A DNA stretch of 38,278 nucleotides. Origin: a virus (taxonomy: Duplodnaviria > Caudoviricetes). The notes beneath the pieces were generated by a model. It ran no database searches. It saw only the letters and a list, made by a program, of their open reading frames with translations, and was not told where the DNA came from. Location: positions 1 to 38,278 of IMG/VR virus record IMGVR_UViG_3300031449_000029; one strand, given 5' to 3'. The translations under genes were made by a program, and so were the position numbers. The number at the start of each line of letters is the position of its first letter. The first letter of the stretch is position 1. Shown one piece after another: positions 35,545 to 38,278 of the stretch.

Positions 35545-37890
35545 ATGCTGTACGCCGTCCTCTCCGTCGCGCCGATCAACCTGCACGGGCGCGACGACCG
35601 CGACCAGGAGCGGTTGGCCGACCTGCTGGGTGAGGTCGCCAACCTCCTAGCGCCGGGGCAGCGTTTGCGCCTCCTGATCGACAACAGGAGTGTGGCGGCG
35701 CGGGACGAACTGGCGCGGTTGGCGGCGCGGCAGCGCCCACGCTCCCTACGGCAAGTGGAGTACACCGACCGGCGCCGCTCGTGGATGAAAGCCAAACTTT
35801 CGGACGCCCGTGTGGCGCGCACGGCGTTCTACGTCCTGGTCGGCGAGCATGAAGCCCTGAACCTGACGCGCCTCGTCTCAGGGATAGCCCGCCGCGACGC
35901 CTTCCGCGCCACGGTCGAGGAGGTGGGCGATAGAGTAGAAGCGATGGGCCTGGACTACACCGTCCTCGACGGCGACGCGACCCGCGCGCTCCTGCACGCG
36001 CACGGCCTGGACGGCACGGCCCCCGACCCCACCGAGTATGTGGACGCTCTCTACGTCCCTGGTGTCGACGGCGCCGGGACGGCGGATGGCCACTGGGAGC
36101 GCACGCTGTACGCCCTGCGCCTGCCCGACCAGACCATGCCGGGGTGGGTGGCGCGGTTGGCGGGCCTGCCCTTTCAGTCGCGTGTCTCCATCGACATCAC
36201 GGGCCTGGACCCGGACGGCGAGACGCGCCGCCTGGACGGGTTGCAGACCTACATCGCGGGCATCAACGACGATCGGCTCCAGGCGACCGGCGCGTCCTCG
36301 GTCCAGATGGGCGCGGCGCAACGGGAGTACCGCCGCGTGATCGATGAGATGGCCGACCCCAGCGTCAAGGTCCACCGCGTCGGCGTGTATTTGACGGTGA
36401 CCGCCCCCACGCGCGGGGCGCTGCCGGCGGCCGTGGCGCGGGGCGCGGCGGCGCTGCGGGCGGCCCGCTGCGTCGTCGGGTGGGGTGTGGGCGACCAGAC
36501 CCGCTTACGCATGGCCACGCTGCCCGTCATCACCGACTCTGGCCACACGTACCGCGCGCTGACGGGGACGGTGGGCCGTTGTTTCCCGTTCAGTCGGCTG
36601 TCGCCGGGGCATGAGACGGGGATGCCGCTAGGGCGGACGCCCGACAAGCGCGAACAATTCCTGCTCGACTTGGACGCCCCCGACATCGCCACGCAGCAGG
36701 TCGCCATCGTGGGCACGCCCGGTTCGGGCAAGACGCTGCTTGCCCTTGAGATGTCTCTACAGTCGTACCTGGAGGGCAACAGCGTGTTCGTGTCGGACTC
36801 CTCGGGCAGCTACGCGCCGCTGTGCGCCTTTCTGGACGGGGCCTATGTGACCCCGCTCGACCGGCGCCAGGGCCTCGACCGGACACCGTGCATCAACCCG
36901 TGGGACTTCATGGACACGCGCGCCCTGGTGCGCTTCCACCGCGCCATTCTGCGGCAGGCCGACCCGTCAGCCTCGCTGTCGTGGTGGCAGGCGCAGGCGT
37001 TGGGGCAGGCGATCCGTGAGACCAAGGAGCGGGAGACGGCCCCGCGCGAGGGTTTGTTGATCGAGCGCTTGCGGGCGCTGGACCTGGACCCCACGCGGGC
37101 GCTGGAGCGCGACAACCTCGTGGCGGGCCTGTCCGACTACACGGGCGCGGGCGACTACGCCTCGCTGGCCGACCATCCCACCTCGCCGTGGATCGACCTC
37201 GCCAACCCGTTCCTCGTGTTCGACACATCCCTGTTGGGCGACGCGACGGTCCCCGGCTTCTACATTGTGGAGGCGCTGGAGGAGTGGCGGGCGGCGCGGC
37301 ACGCGGGGAAACGCCGCCCCGACGGGCGCGCGGTGATGGAGTGCCTCGTGATCGACGAGGGCTGGGCCGTGATCGACGCCGACCCGGAGTACCTGGAGCG
37401 GGTCGGCCGCACCTCACGCCACCTCAATAGGAGGGTCATCTTCTCGACGCAGAATCTCTCGGATATGATCGACAACCCCAAGGCGGCCAAACTGTTCGGG
37501 GCCATCCCGGTCGTGATCCTGTTCAACGTCAGTGACGAGCGCCAGGGGCAGGACGCGGGCCTGGGTTGGATGGGCCGCACGCTCCGATTGACGACGCGCG
37601 AGGTGGAGCAGTTAGGGGGACTTAAAACGATCCGGGGCAAGCACGCCCAGGCGTTCGTGGTTATCAGGAGCGAGCGCGCCAGTGAGCGGCGCCGCGGACG
37701 CGTGGACATCGAGCTGGCCCCGTATGACATCGAGTTGTTCAAGTCGCACAAAGATGAGCGGGACGCGCGGGACGCGGCGACGGCGGCGCATGGGAACGAC
37801 GTGTGGCAGGCCGTGAAAAGTATCGTGGACGGCCCTGACGCGGGCGCGGGCGGTAGACAGGAGCGGACACGAGAAGGGGCAATGGTATGA
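35545..37890 (+). CDS. VirB4-like conjugation ATPase
   Basis: Walker A IVGTPGSGKT, CINPWD, LVFDTS, Walker B VIDEGW, SRHLN...FSTQN; 781 aa. Confidence 0.88.
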   Translation: MLYAVLSVAPINLHGRDDRDQERLADLLGEVANLLAPGQRLRLLIDNRSVAARDELARLAARQRPRSLRQVEYTDRRRSWMKAKLSDARVARTAFYVLVGEHEALNLTRLVSGIARRDAFRATVEEVGDRVEAMGLDYTVLDGDATRALLHAHGLDGTAPDPTEYVDALYVPGVDGAGTADGHWERTLYALRLPDQTMPGWVARLAGLPFQSRVSIDITGLDPDGETRRLDGLQTYIAGINDDRLQATGASSVQMGAAQREYRRVIDEMADPSVKVHRVGVYLTVTAPTRGALPAAVARGAAALRAARCVVGWGVGDQTRLRMATLPVITDSGHTYRALTGTVGRCFPFSRLSPGHETGMPLGRTPDKREQFLLDLDAPDIATQQVAIVGTPGSGKTLLALEMSLQSYLEGNSVFVSDSSGSYAPLCAFLDGAYVTPLDRRQGLDRTPCINPWDFMDTRALVRFHRAILRQADPSASLSWWQAQALGQAIRETKERETAPREGLLIERLRALDLDPTRALERDNLVAGLSDYTGAGDYASLADHPTSPWIDLANPFLVFDTSLLGDATVPGFYIVEALEEWRAARHAGKRRPDGRAVMECLVIDEGWAVIDADPEYLERVGRTSRHLNRRVIFSTQNLSDMIDNPKAAKLFGAIPVVILFNVSDERQGQDAGLGWMGRTLRLTTREVEQLGGLKTIRGKHAQAFVVIRSERASERRRGRVDIELAPYDIELFKSHKDERDARDAATAAHGNDVWQAVKSIVDGPDAGAGGRQERTREGAMV

Positions 37891-38210
37891 GAGGGTATGC
37901 GCGCGGCGTGATCGTGGCCGGGGCCGTGCTCCTCAGTGTGGCCGCTCTGACGGGCACGGCGCATGCTCTCACCGTGCCGACGCCCACGGCGCCACGCGTT
38001 CCCACGGTGACGCCCCAACCGACCGCGACCGTCACCCCCCGACCGACCGCCGTTCCGACGCTGCCCCCGCGCGCCCTGTCCGTCTCGCCCAATCCCCTGT
38101 ATCTCAACCCGGCCGGCGCCTTCGTCGGCAACCAACAACTCACCGTGTCGGGGCAGGGCCTGCCCCCCGGCATCACCCTGCAACTAGTGGGTCATGCCGC
38201 AAATGAGTAG
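37887..38210 (+). CDS. Secreted Pro/Thr-rich protein (possibly truncated)
   Basis: Signal peptide ending AHA, PT-rich linker, short beta-rich tail. Confidence 0.6.
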   Translation: MRGYARGVIVAGAVLLSVAALTGTAHALTVPTPTAPRVPTVTPQPTATVTPRPTAVPTLPPRALSVSPNPLYLNPAGAFVGNQQLTVSGQGLPPGITLQLVGHAANE

Positions 38211-38278
38211 CCCTCCGGCAGGATGGCCGCAGACCCGCCCAGGCGGCGCTGGCGGACCCGTTCGCGGCGGCGCCGCCG

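Larger units (their letters stand above)
582..38278 (+). mobile_element. Integrated element with phage-like regulation/replication genes and a type IV secretion/conjugation-like operon; right end outside window
   Basis: Interrupts the SDR; contains repressor/cro switch, Sak, rep/DnaC/DnaB, RusA, then VirD4- and VirB4-like genes. No integrase or virion genes seen in window. Confidence 0.75.

Noticed and set aside
582-38278. Complete prophage call
   Set aside because: No terminase, portal, capsid, tail, holin or integrase motifs are visible in the window.

Overview
GC-rich window that is almost entirely one integrated mobile element. At the far left is the end of a probable IS4-family IS (1-185) inserted in a short-chain dehydrogenase (SDR) gene; the SDR remnant is also cut at ~582 by the element. 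The element first looks like the early/middle region of a temperate phage: a divergent XRE repressor/Cro-like switch, Rad52/Sak annealase, RNA-ligase-like gene, Prim-Pol, an HTH initiator with palindromic iterons, DnaC-like loader, DnaB with a 340-aa LAGLIDADG intein, SNF2-like helicase plus DNA methylase, SLT transglycosylase, DnaA domain-IV protein, RusA, DEDD exonuclease, HicA-like gene, three tandem ParB/Srx-fold proteins and many short coupled ORFs. No terminase, portal, capsid or tail gene follows. After a terminator a separately promoted conjugation-like operon starts (YdjM-like hydrolase, RHH, VirD4-like coupling protein, pilin-like, PrgI/VirB3-like, VirB4-like ATPase) and runs off the right edge. 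The most striking hidden feature is two diverged protein-free ~350-370 bp IS200/IS605-type mini-elements (8455-8822, 23028-23379, minus strand). Both sit 3' of GCCAC without a target duplication, carry their own extended -10 promoter and encode a covarying structured RNA running into the right end, consistent with stand-alone mobile omegaRNA guide cassettes. Six paralogues of an unrecognised small His/Cys domain and an antisense HNH gene replacing a C5 methyltransferase are also present. All calls come from reading motifs; no database searches were run.
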